From Alphaproteobacteria bacterium (GTDB taxonomy: Bacteria > Pseudomonadota > Alphaproteobacteria > MPNO01), in NCBI GenBank assembly GCA_964291675.2, contig OZ219866.1, positions 288,001 through 352,000 of the forward strand: a stretch of DNA of 64,000 bases, written 5' to 3'. Below, one piece after another: positions 31,605-40,420 of this stretch; position 1 is the first letter of the stretch; every line of letters starts with the position of its first letter. The translations under genes were made by a program, and so were the position numbers. The notes under the pieces are model-generated. The model had not been told where the DNA came from and did not search any database. It worked only from the letters and a program-made list of their open reading frames with translations.

Positions 31605-32454
31605 CGAGCCCTATCGCGAGCGCCGCTTCGCCGCCGGGGACGGGCTCGGCCTCTATTTCCGCGACTACGGCGATCCGGACTCCGGGGCGACGCCGGTGCT
31701 CTGCCTCGGCGGGCTGACGCGCAACGCGAAGGATTTCGACGCGCTGGCGCGGCGGCTTGCCGGAGAGCGCCGGGTGCTCTGCCTCGATCTCAGGGGCCGC
31801 GGGCGGTCGGATTACGACCCGGACTGGCGCAACTACCGCCCGGCGACCTATTTGGGCGACATCGCCCAACTGCTCGCGGTCGCGGGCGTCCACCGGGTCG
31901 CTGTGGTCGGGACCTCGCTCGGCGGGGTGCTGGCGATGGCGATGGGCGCGTCCATGCCGGCGGCGCTCGCGGCGGCGGTGCTCAACGATATCGGCCCGGA
32001 GATCGAGCGCGCCGGGCTCCAGCCCATCCTCGACTATATCCGCATCGACCGGCCGCAGCCGGACTGGGCGAGCGCGGTGCGGACGATCCGCACGCTCCTG
32101 CCCGACCTCGCCTACCAGGACGAGGCGATGTTCGAGGCGATGGCGCGCAACACCTGGCGCGAGGGCGAGGACGGCAAGCTGCATTTCGACTGGGACGTGA
32201 ACATCGTCAGGCCGGCGCTCGCCGATGGCGGCGCGACCGCCGATCTGTGGCCCCTGTTCCGCGGGCTGCGCCGGGTGCCGCTGCTCGCCTTCCGCGGCGA
32301 GGGCTCGACCCTACTCACCGCCGACTGCTTCGCCCGGATGGGCCGCGAACGGCCCGACGCCCGCATGGTCACCGTGCCGCGGACCGGCCACGCGCCGACG
32401 CTCGGCGAGCCCGAATGCACGGCCGCGCTCGACGCCTTCCTGCGCGAGATCTGA
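31597..32454 (+). CDS. Alpha/beta hydrolase
   Basis: GLTRNAKDF, GTSLGG nucleophile elbow, GHAP. Confidence 0.9.
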   Translation: MADEPYRERRFAAGDGLGLYFRDYGDPDSGATPVLCLGGLTRNAKDFDALARRLAGERRVLCLDLRGRGRSDYDPDWRNYRPATYLGDIAQLLAVAGVHRVAVVGTSLGGVLAMAMGASMPAALAAAVLNDIGPEIERAGLQPILDYIRIDRPQPDWASAVRTIRTLLPDLAYQDEAMFEAMARNTWREGEDGKLHFDWDVNIVRPALADGGATADLWPLFRGLRRVPLLAFRGEGSTLLTADCFARMGRERPDARMVTVPRTGHAPTLGEPECTAALDAFLREI

Positions 32455-32529
32455 GCCGCCGTCTGGCGCGGCGACGCGCCGGCCACTATAACTGTCGCCT
32501 TCTTGTCCCATGCGAGGGAGGATCCGGGG

Positions 32530-32895
32530 GTGGCGGAGATTTACGTCGGCAAGCAAGAGGAATTCGGCGAGCGCGATCGCAAGATCGTCGCCCAGGGCGA
32601 TCTCGAGATCGGGATCTTCTTCGTGGGCGGCGAGTTCTACGCCTATGAGAACAACTGCGTGCACCAGGGCGGCCCGGTGTGCCAGGGCAAGATCCTCGGC
32701 AAGGTCGAGGAGGTCCTCGGCGAGGACAAGACCTCGAAGGGGCTGCGCTTCTCCGAGACCGACATCCACATCGTCTGCCCCTGGCACGGCTACGAGTACA
32801 ACATCAGGACCGGCCGCCACCCGGGCGACCGCAATGTCAGGCTGAGGCCCTACGAGGTGAAGGTGGCCGACGGAGAGGTCTATGTCGTCGTCTGA
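32530..32895 (+). CDS. Rieske [2Fe-2S] ferredoxin
   Basis: CVHQGGP and CPWHG ligand motifs. Confidence 0.92.
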   Translation: MAEIYVGKQEEFGERDRKIVAQGDLEIGIFFVGGEFYAYENNCVHQGGPVCQGKILGKVEEVLGEDKTSKGLRFSETDIHIVCPWHGYEYNIRTGRHPGDRNVRLRPYEVKVADGEVYVVV

Positions 32896-33214
32896 CGACG
32901 GCCGCGCGCCCGATTTGGACGCGCTCGCGGAGGCGACCGAGACGGCGCTCGCGATCGCCGAGAAGGCGCTCGACGACGGCGCGACCGAGGTGGTCCCGGA
33001 CGAGATGGTGCAGCGCCTGCTGACCGCCGGCGTCCGTCTGTTCGCCAACAAGGTGGAGATGGAGGACCGGGTGTTCCTCCCGTTCGTGACCGCGGAATCG
33101 GCGACCGCGACCGACGTCGTGGTTACCGTGACCGAGATGCTGCACGCCGCCAACCTCAACACCTTCGACCTCGCGATGTGGTTCCGCCGCCCGCGCCCGG
33201 GCGCGGACGACTGA
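32882..33214 (+). CDS. Hypothetical protein in Rieske-amidohydrolase operon
   Basis: Coding-like composition, overlaps Rieske stop, GGAG upstream. Confidence 0.75.
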   Translation: MSSSDDGRAPDLDALAEATETALAIAEKALDDGATEVVPDEMVQRLLTAGVRLFANKVEMEDRVFLPFVTAESATATDVVVTVTEMLHAANLNTFDLAMWFRRPRPGADD

Positions 33215-33228
33215 AGGAGCGCAAGACG

Positions 33229-34425
33229 ATGGACACAGGACTGGAGCCGCTCAGGGAGAACCCGGTCAGGCAGATCGACGTCGCCACCGACACGCGCGAG
33301 ATCCTGGCCCGCGCCCGGCGCCAGGCGGATGAGCGCAATTTCGACGACGTATTCATCGTCGACATGGACTCGCACCACACCGAGAGCGAGTCCTGGGCCG
33401 ACATCATCGCCTATCTCGACGACGAGGTGATCCGCTCCCAGGCGCTCGACTATCTGAAGAACCGCACCGGGACGCCGCCCTACGGGCTCAACGGCGACCT
33501 CGCGATGCGCTACCAGGATTGCGGCGGGCGCATCCCGCACCAGGCGGCGCGGCGCGAAGCGGCGGACGGCAACGGGCTCCACCGCGACGTGGTGCTGGCG
33601 AGACGCGCCTATGAGTCGATGTCGATCGACCGGCAGATCGTCTTCCCGACGCCGATGCTGTTCCTCGGCATGCACCCGCAATTCGACATGGAGCCGCTGC
33701 TCGGCAACGCCTACAACCGTTGGACCGTCGACACCCTGCTGGCCCAGGACGACAAGCTCAAGTCGATGGCCTTCCTGCCGTTCAACGATGCCGACGAGTC
33801 GAGGAGTTCGGTCGAGTTCGGCGCCGGGCGTGGTGGGCTTCATGGTCACCTCGGTGCGCAACAGGCCGGTGCATCACAACCGGTACATGAAGATCTACCG
33901 CGCGCTCGAGGAGCGCGGCCTGCCGCTCGGCTTCCACGCCGGGTATTACTGGCAGGACCCCTCGATGATGCAGATCAACCGCTTCGGCTCGATGCACGCG
34001 CTGTCCTTCGTCTGGTGCAACGTGGTCCACATGACCAACTGGGTGATGAACGGCCTGCCCGAGCGCTTCCCCGATCTCCCCGTGGTGTGGATCGAGAGCG
34101 GGCTCGCCTGGGTGCCGTGGCTGATGCAGCGCCTCGACCACACCTACATGATGCGCACCTCGGAGGCGCCGCTCTTGAGGCGCAAGCCGAGCGCCTACAT
34201 GGCCGAGATGTACTACACCTCGCAGCCGCTCGAGACCGACAACCTGAAGGCGCTGGAGCTCACCTTCGAGATGACCCGGGCGCGGACCCGCTCTATGCGT
34301 CGGACTGGCCGCACTGGGACTTCGACCCGCCGGCGGTGATCTGGGACCTCCCCTTCCTCGACGACGAGGCGCGCAAGAACATCCTCGGCCTCAACGCCCG
34401 GCGCATCTTCGATTTGGAGAAGTAG
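33229..34425 (+). pseudogene. Amidohydrolase_2-fold protein with two compensating frameshifts (about 33823 and about 34285), real or sequencing error
   Basis: DMDSHH and ASDWPHWDFD in one frame; the middle motifs (PGVVGFMV, GFHAG, WIESG) lie in the +1 frame. Confidence 0.8.
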
Positions 34426-34437
34426 TCCCCGGGGACG

Positions 34438-34514
34438 CCCTACCGCCAGTCTTCGATCGCGAAGATGCCGGGCCGGCCGTAGCCCTCGCCTTCCGGGCGG
34501 AGCATGGCGACGGC
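34438..34514 (-). repeat. 77-bp direct repeat copy 1: orphan duplicate of GNAT gene 3' end
   Basis: 74 of 77 identical to 36729-36805; encodes AVAMLRPEGEGYGRPGIFAIEDWR-stop. Confidence 0.93.
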
Positions 34515-34561
34515 TCTAATGCAGTCAGCGGGGAGGGTCGCGGAAGGCCGGGACTACCGGC

Positions 34562-35479
34562 TCAATCGGACGACACGATATCGCCGATCTCCCGAAACTT
34601 CTCGCGCAGACGCTCCTGCGCCTCGGTTGACGGGACCGTAGGCACGATCCTTCTCTCAAGGATGTCGAGACCGCGCTGCACATCCTCCGTGCCTTGACTC
34701 TCCGTGAACAAGGCGAGGAACTTTTGCCAAGCCCATAGCGGGATGCCGGACAGTGTGTCTTCGAAAAGCTCCTGGATATAGCCGTCCATCTCCCTTGTCC
34801 GGGCGAACCGTCCGAAGTTGCCGCTGCTGTCGCTCGCAGGCCGGTCGGCAATCATGTCGCTCTTGCTCGGATAATACGTGTTCACTGCGGACAGGGTGAT
34901 GTCCTTGTTGCCGTGCCCCACGCGCGCGTGCTTCCAGTACCAGTTGCGGATTTCGGCCGCCTGTCGCGCCCCGATCACGTAAGGAGAGAACACCTTGGGC
35001 GAGCCGGAAATGACGTTGGACAACACCCACGGCACCACGACCAGGAGGTCCGCGGGCGCGCAGACGGCGGGGGTGACCTTGTAGCGGAAGCTGGGCTCCC
35101 TCTCCTTCGCGAGCACGTACCAACCCTTGAGCTCGATTCCCATGAGTACTTTCTGTTCAACGTCCGGAGCGGACGTCCGCAGCACCACATCCGGGAATGT
35201 CTGGGGCTGGCGCTCGAAGCTGTAGAGCGAATATTTCTGGCCCGCGTCCCATACCGCGCGCAGCAAGTTCAGAGAGGCGATGACTTGTTCTTCGATCGTC
35301 GCGGCCAGCGAGGAATTGAAGGCGAACAGGTCCGTGGAGAGCACTCCGGAGATCGCCAACTCCGACTCGAATCGGGTCGGCAAGGTGAAGATGGCCCTCT
35401 TCACCGCCTTCCAGAGTTCAATGTGTTCCCAGGCGGGATCAGGCTCTGTTGGGCCGGGGCGACCGGGTGTTTCGTTCAA
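34562..35479 (-). CDS. Putative PD-(D/E)xK restriction endonuclease
   Basis: FPDVVL..GIELKGW motif; overlaps methylase 3' end; TTG start after AGGAG inferred. Confidence 0.7.
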   Translation of the reverse strand: MNETPGRPGPTEPDPAWEHIELWKAVKRAIFTLPTRFESELAISGVLSTDLFAFNSSLAATIEEQVIASLNLLRAVWDAGQKYSLYSFERQPQTFPDVVLRTSAPDVEQKVLMGIELKGWYVLAKEREPSFRYKVTPAVCAPADLLVVVPWVLSNVISGSPKVFSPYVIGARQAAEIRNWYWKHARVGHGNKDITLSAVNTYYPSKSDMIADRPASDSSGNFGRFARTREMDGYIQELFEDTLSGIPLWAWQKFLALFTESQGTEDVQRGLDILERRIVPTVPSTEAQERLREKFREIGDIVSSD

Positions 35480-36527
35480 TATCCATTGACTCCTGTTCAA
35501 GCCGATCCACAGCCGCCGAATAGAACGCGGGAATGACCTCGGCTGCGAAGCCGTGTCTGTCCGAACGGAGCGCACTGACCGCGGCGGAGCAGAGCCCCCC
35601 GAACGGCTCCCACACGACATCGCCCGGGTCGGTCGACGCTTCGACGATACGTTCGAGCAGGCGCACCGGTTTCTGGTTCATGTGAAGCGTCTTGAGATCG
35701 TCCGTCTTGACCCGTTCCGGGCCGCGCACTGCGGGCTCCGACCAGACATTGGTGACGCCGTGGCTATGGTTCCACTTCGCGCGCATTCTTTCCCATTGCT
35801 GAGCCGTCAGCGGAGTCTTGCCGTCAAGAGAGAAATAAGGCCGGTCCGTCTGCCGACCTTGCTTTGTCGCGTAGGCCGCGAGCGCGACCATCTTGTCGGC
35901 CGGGGGGAAGTACCAGAGGTGGCACTGCGTGAAATACTTCCGGGTCGCCGCGTCGACGACGCCGCAGGCCTCGTTGGTCTTGTTGAGCGGGAGGCCGCTT
36001 CGCCGCCATTCGTGGCGCAGCCACTCCTTCAAGGAGAGCCGTTGGCCATCCTCGGTTGCCAGCTTCACGTCGCGCACGTAGCGGACGCAGATTTCGGTCA
36101 CGACCGGGAATCCCCGGATCGTGTTGCCGTTGCAGTTGCCGGCGACATGCCCCACACCCTTGTCCCAGACGTGGGCCGCCTTGTACCGCCAGCCGTGCAG
36201 CTTCAGCACCGGGTGAACCTCGGCCCAGCCGACCTCCGAGCACCAGAACCACAGCGTCGTCTCGGGCAAAGCGAGACGCGCCCATTCCGCGACATGCGGC
36301 GCATACCAGTCGCCGAGCCCGTCCGCCGTGTCGGGATCGCCCGGAAACTTTCCGAGGCCGTACGGACCGTCTGCAACAATGGCTGTCGGCGGCGGCCACC
36401 TCTCGTAGCACGCCAGCGCATCCTCCAAGGTCAGAGAGACGCTGGCGTCGTCATCTCCGAAGATCGCTGGCGATCTGGGCGCCGTCTCAAGCTTGACGAC
36501 CTTGGGCATTCCTACATCTTGTAGCAT
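35439..36527 (-). CDS. N4-cytosine/N6-adenine DNA methyltransferase (beta arrangement)
   Basis: Catalytic DGPY near N-terminus, HMNQKP, SAM motif EPFGGLCS near C-terminus. Confidence 0.88.
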   Translation of the reverse strand: MLQDVGMPKVVKLETAPRSPAIFGDDDASVSLTLEDALACYERWPPPTAIVADGPYGLGKFPGDPDTADGLGDWYAPHVAEWARLALPETTLWFWCSEVGWAEVHPVLKLHGWRYKAAHVWDKGVGHVAGNCNGNTIRGFPVVTEICVRYVRDVKLATEDGQRLSLKEWLRHEWRRSGLPLNKTNEACGVVDAATRKYFTQCHLWYFPPADKMVALAAYATKQGRQTDRPYFSLDGKTPLTAQQWERMRAKWNHSHGVTNVWSEPAVRGPERVKTDDLKTLHMNQKPVRLLERIVEASTDPGDVVWEPFGGLCSAAVSALRSDRHGFAAEVIPAFYSAAVDRLEQESMDIERNTRSPRPNRA

Positions 36528-36728
36528 TACACTGCTCCATACCCATCATGTGGGCATTCAACGAAATAGGCAACTAGCCATGATAAGAACATACAGCGAA
36601 CATTTCTCTTCGCTCAAGGAGAAATATCGCCCACCCGCGCGTCGCAGATCGTGGCATGGACAGGCGGGGCAGTGCAGAACATCGATGGAAGTCGAGCTGC
36701 GGTCTGAGCGCAAGCCCGTCGCCCCTCC

Positions 36729-36805
36729 CCCTATCGCCAGTCGTCGATCGCGAAGATGCCGGGGCGGCCGTAGCCCTCGCCTTCCGGGCGGAGCATGGCG
36801 ACGGC
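36729..36805 (-). repeat. 77-bp direct repeat copy 2 (functional 3' end of GNAT gene)
   Basis: Matches 34438-34514 with 3 mismatches. Confidence 0.93.
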
Positions 36806-37660
36806 GTTCATGAAGCTCCGGTAGCCGCGCTCGCGGAGCGCGCGGTAGGCCTCGCGGCGACCGGTGTTGGTGCCGGCGGCGATGGCCTCGGCGCCGCGGC
36901 GTGCGGCGAGCGCCTCGCAGGCGGCGAGCAGCAAGGCGAAATCCGCCGCCGCACCCGGGCCGGGCCTCACCGCCGCCGCCTTGACGAAGAGCAGCGCCGA
37001 ATTGCCCTCGCTGCCGGCGCCGTGATGGCAGACCGCGTAGCCCGCGAGCCCCGCCCCGCCGGCACGGTCGAGCAGCACCGTTGCGCCGAGACCGTGGCGC
37101 AGCACCGCGGCGATCTCGCGGCCGTGGTCGAGCCCGGGATAGACCGCGTCCGCCACCTCCCGGCAGGCCTCGGCGCCGGCGGGATCGGCGAGCAGCCGGG
37201 CGCGGGCAGGCATCGGCGTCGGGGACACGTCGCGGCGCAGCACCGCGATCGGGCGATGCAGCTCGAAGCCGAAGGATTCGTAGAGCCTGACATGGCGCAC
37301 GGATTGCTGGTGGGTCAGCAGCCCGACGAAGTCGTGGCCGCGCGCATCCAACACCTCCAGCAGCGCCCCGGTGAGCCTGCGTCCGATCCCCTCGCTCCAA
37401 CGCCCGGGGTGGACGGTGAGCGGGCCGAGCAGGCCGACGCTGCCCCAGTTCGACACCAGCCCCGAGGCGACGATCCCGTCGCCTTCCTCGGCGACCAGCA
37501 CGCCGCCGGGGTCGGCGAGAAAGCGCGGGCGCACCAGCGCCCCGTCGCCGCGGAACGACAGCGGGTCGGCGAGGCCGAAGAAGGTGCCGAAGGCGAGCCG
37601 GCAGACGCGCTCGGCCGCCTCGATGTCGGAATCGGCGAGCGGCCTTACGGTAACCGTCAT
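36731..37660 (-). CDS. GNAT family acetyltransferase (tandem fold)
   Basis: LGPLTVHPGRWSEGIGRRL acetyl-CoA motif, LYESFGF; ATGA overlap with FAH gene. Confidence 0.85.
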   Translation of the reverse strand: MTVTVRPLADSDIEAAERVCRLAFGTFFGLADPLSFRGDGALVRPRFLADPGGVLVAEEGDGIVASGLVSNWGSVGLLGPLTVHPGRWSEGIGRRLTGALLEVLDARGHDFVGLLTHQQSVRHVRLYESFGFELHRPIAVLRRDVSPTPMPARARLLADPAGAEACREVADAVYPGLDHGREIAAVLRHGLGATVLLDRAGGAGLAGYAVCHHGAGSEGNSALLFVKAAAVRPGPGAAADFALLLAACEALAARRGAEAIAAGTNTGRREAYRALRERGYRSFMNAVAMLRPEGEGYGRPGIFAIDDWR

Positions 37661-38514
37661 CCGGCGGCCCGGACCGCGACCTCCATCGCGCCGATTCCCT
37701 CGATCTCGCAGCGCATCGTATCGCCCGGCACGACCGGGCCGACGCCCTCCGGCGTCCCGGTCATGATCACGTCGCCGGGGTAGAGCGTGTAGTGGCGCGA
37801 GGCGTAGGCGATCAGCCGGCGGCAGCCAAAGATCTGGTTGGCGGTCGTCGAGTCCTGGCGCAGCTCGCCATTGACCCAGAGCCTGAGCTCCAGCGCGTCG
37901 GGGTCGGCGATCTCGTCGGCGGTGACCAGCCAGGGGCCGAGCACGGAATACGAGTCGATCGCCTTGCGCAGGCTGCGCTCCTCGCGCCCGCGCATCGTCA
38001 TGTCGAGCCCGATCGCATAGCCCGCGACGCAGCCGAGCGCGTCGGCCTCGGCGACGTCCCTGACCTCGCGGCCGATTATCATCGCGAGCTCGATTTCGTG
38101 GTCGTTGCGCCGGTCGGTGTAGCGCAGCGCCACCCCTTCCGACGGCCCGACCGGGACCGGGTTCTTGAGGAACAGCCCGTACTCGTCGATCGCGCTGGTC
38201 GTCGCGCCGAAGGTGATCCCGGGATCCTCGTTGGCCTCGTCGATATGGGCGCGGTAGTTGGCCGGCGCGCCGATCACCTTGGTCGGGTTGGCGACCGGGC
38301 TCAGCAGCGACACGCTCGCGTGTAGCTGCACGAAGCCCCATTTGCGGCGCGCATCGACCTCGGCGCGGACGGCATCGAGCGCGGCGACCAGCCGGTCGCC
38401 CGGCGGCAGCGGCCAGCGCCAATCGCCGGCGGCGGCGATTGCCTCGGTCACGTCGATCAGCTGCTCGCCGACGACGAGGCCGAGCTTCTGGTCGTTGTAG
38501 CGGCAGAGCTTCAT
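37657..38514 (-). CDS. Fumarylacetoacetate hydrolase family protein
   Basis: NYRAH, DHEIEL, LGPWLVT, PGDVIMTGTPEGVG. Confidence 0.93.
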   Translation of the reverse strand: MKLCRYNDQKLGLVVGEQLIDVTEAIAAAGDWRWPLPPGDRLVAALDAVRAEVDARRKWGFVQLHASVSLLSPVANPTKVIGAPANYRAHIDEANEDPGITFGATTSAIDEYGLFLKNPVPVGPSEGVALRYTDRRNDHEIELAMIIGREVRDVAEADALGCVAGYAIGLDMTMRGREERSLRKAIDSYSVLGPWLVTADEIADPDALELRLWVNGELRQDSTTANQIFGCRRLIAYASRHYTLYPGDVIMTGTPEGVGPVVPGDTMRCEIEGIGAMEVAVRAAG

Positions 38515-38523
38515 GGCAGCGCC

Positions 38524-39606
38524 TCAACCGGTGACGCGGAATTCCTCGCGCGCGCCGGACGCCCAGGCAAGGCCGTGACCCGGCGCGTCGCCCGGCGTCA
38601 TCGCGCCATTCTCGTCCATCCCGAGCGGGCTGTCGAACAGCGGCTCCAGCAGCGGAAAATCCTCCAGCCAGCGCACGTTCGGAGCCGCCGAGGCGAGGTG
38701 GACGAACAGCGCCGGCAGGAAATGCGGCGCCACCGAGACGTCGTGGTACTCGGCGATGCGCGCCGCCCGCAGGCATTCGCCGATCCCGCCCATCATCGCG
38801 AGGTCGGGCTGGAGCACCGCGCAGGCGCGCGACGCGAAATAGGGTTTTAGCTCCACCACGCCCTGCAAATGCTCGCCGGTGGCGATCGGGACGGGCGAGC
38901 GCGCGGCGAGCGCGGCATAGCCCTCCAGCGCGTCCGCCGGCAGCGGCTCCTCCAGCCAGAGCGCACCCACCTCGCCACATCGCTCGGCGAGCCAGAGCGC
39001 CCGCGCGAGGTCGCATCGCTCGTTGGCGTCGGCCATCAACTCGACCCCGGCGGGCAGGGCGTCGGCGACCGCGCGCATCCGCGCGACATCGGCGCGGTTG
39101 CCGGCGAGGCGGAGCTTTATCGCCTTGCAGCCGCGCGCGGCGTAGGCGAGCGCCTGCGCGACCGCCGCATCCGGTTCCTGGTCGGGGCGGAACCCGCCGG
39201 AGCCGTAGACCGGGACCGTCCGGGCGGTGCCGCCGAGCGCGGCGTAGAGCGGCAGCCCCAGGGCGCGCGCGTGCAGATCCCAGGCGGCGACGTCGATGGC
39301 GGCGATGGCGATATAGCCGATGCCGCGCCCGAGACGGTTGAGCGAGCCGGCGAGACGGCGCCACAGCGCGTCCGGCGACGCGCAGACCTCGCCGGCGACG
39401 AAGCGCGACAAGAGGTCGTCGGCGGCCGCCTCGACCGCCGCGCCGCCGCCGCCCAGCACGTAGCTGAAGCCGAGCCCGGTGTCGCCCGCGTCGTCCTCGA
39501 GCGAGACCGCGATCACGTCGACCTCGGCGATGCCCGACCCGCCGGTCGGCCCGGAGAGCGGGTAGCGCCAGAGCTCGGCCTCGGCCCGCGCGTAGCGCCG
39601 CGCCAC
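38524..39606 (-). CDS. Mandelate racemase/muconate lactonizing enzyme family
   Basis: KAIK, DANE, WLEEP, ATGE, QPD, APH; GTG start inferred. Confidence 0.9.
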   Translation of the reverse strand: MARRYARAEAELWRYPLSGPTGGSGIAEVDVIAVSLEDDAGDTGLGFSYVLGGGGAAVEAAADDLLSRFVAGEVCASPDALWRRLAGSLNRLGRGIGYIAIAAIDVAAWDLHARALGLPLYAALGGTARTVPVYGSGGFRPDQEPDAAVAQALAYAARGCKAIKLRLAGNRADVARMRAVADALPAGVELMADANERCDLARALWLAERCGEVGALWLEEPLPADALEGYAALAARSPVPIATGEHLQGVVELKPYFASRACAVLQPDLAMMGGIGECLRAARIAEYHDVSVAPHFLPALFVHLASAAPNVRWLEDFPLLEPLFDSPLGMDENGAMTPGDAPGHGLAWASGAREEFRVTG

Positions 39607-39610
39607 CGCC

Positions 39611-40036
39611 TCAGCCCTTCGTCCGCCCGATCGTGAGCCGCACCGGATCGCCGTCCTCGACGCCCAGCGCCTCGCGCAGGCCGATCTCGGCGACGATCTC
39701 GATCTGCGCCGGCGGGTAGCTCTCGACCTCGGGGTAGACGATCGCCGCCTCGATCCTGCCCTCGACCAGCACCCTGTAGCAGCGCGCGTCGCAGTCATGC
39801 GGCCCGTTGCCGGGGTTCTCCATGCGGATCCCGGGCGTCTGCCGCAGCCGCACCCAGACCGGCACCGCGTCCGGGTCGTCGACCACGACGTTGAGGGTGC
39901 CGGGAAAGGGATCGATGCCGAGCCGTTCGACGAACTGCGCGCGCGCCCAGGGGAGCTGCGTGAAGTGCCGGCCCTGGCCGATGCCGCTGGCCAGCCGCCC
40001 CAGGATTTCCTCGCCCGTTCCGGATCGCCCCATCAT
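39611..40036 (-). CDS. CTP-dependent (archaeal-type) riboflavin kinase domain protein
   Basis: GRLASGIGQG.HF, LGIDPFPGTLNV, IEIVA..LREALGVEDGD. Confidence 0.8.
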   Translation of the reverse strand: MMGRSGTGEEILGRLASGIGQGRHFTQLPWARAQFVERLGIDPFPGTLNVVVDDPDAVPVWVRLRQTPGIRMENPGNGPHDCDARCYRVLVEGRIEAAIVYPEVESYPPAQIEIVAEIGLREALGVEDGDPVRLTIGRTKG

Positions 40037-40420
40037 CGCGGCGGTAATGACAGCCGACCGTCCCGGGGTCCAGCGAAATCGCCCGCGTCCTTCGATACGC
40101 CTCCAAGTCGTCATGCCTGGCTGCCGGAACGAATCCGGCGGTGTTCCGCTGCCGTCCGGTCTGGATTTTCGGCGCGGGCTCCACGGCATGAACGAGACCG
40201 TCTCCGTTCCCCCTCTTATCGGCCCTGTACCCTCGTCATGCCCCCCCAATCGTCATGCCCGGACTTGATCCGGGCACCCATGCAGCCTCTCGGCGCGCAC
40301 GGCGGCCGGGCGGGAAAGGTGTTGGCGGCAGTGGGTGCCCGATGGAGTGGACGCCCCCTCCGACGGCATCTGTGTGCCAAAGTGGCGGTGTCATCAACCC
40401 ACTTGGAGGAGGGAGCATCC

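Larger units (their letters stand above)
34515..36728. mobile_element. Small integrated restriction-modification-like cassette without integrase
   Basis: Visibly lower GC, two genes, bounded by 77-bp direct repeats. Confidence 0.8.

Noticed and set aside
34515-36728. Integron cassette explanation for the RM segment
   Set aside because: No attC-like structure or integrase recognised; the boundaries are gene-end direct repeats
36731-39364. Apparent 877-aa GNAT fusion and similar N-terminal extensions (recO, rnc, phaR, HEPN, livG/M/K)
   Set aside because: Extensions overlap upstream genes in other frames; internal starts with RBS or stop overlaps fit better
39797-40420. 208-aa N-terminal extension of the IS110 ORF
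   Set aside because: Crosses the element boundary and repeat; true ATG at 40421 follows GGAGGAGG
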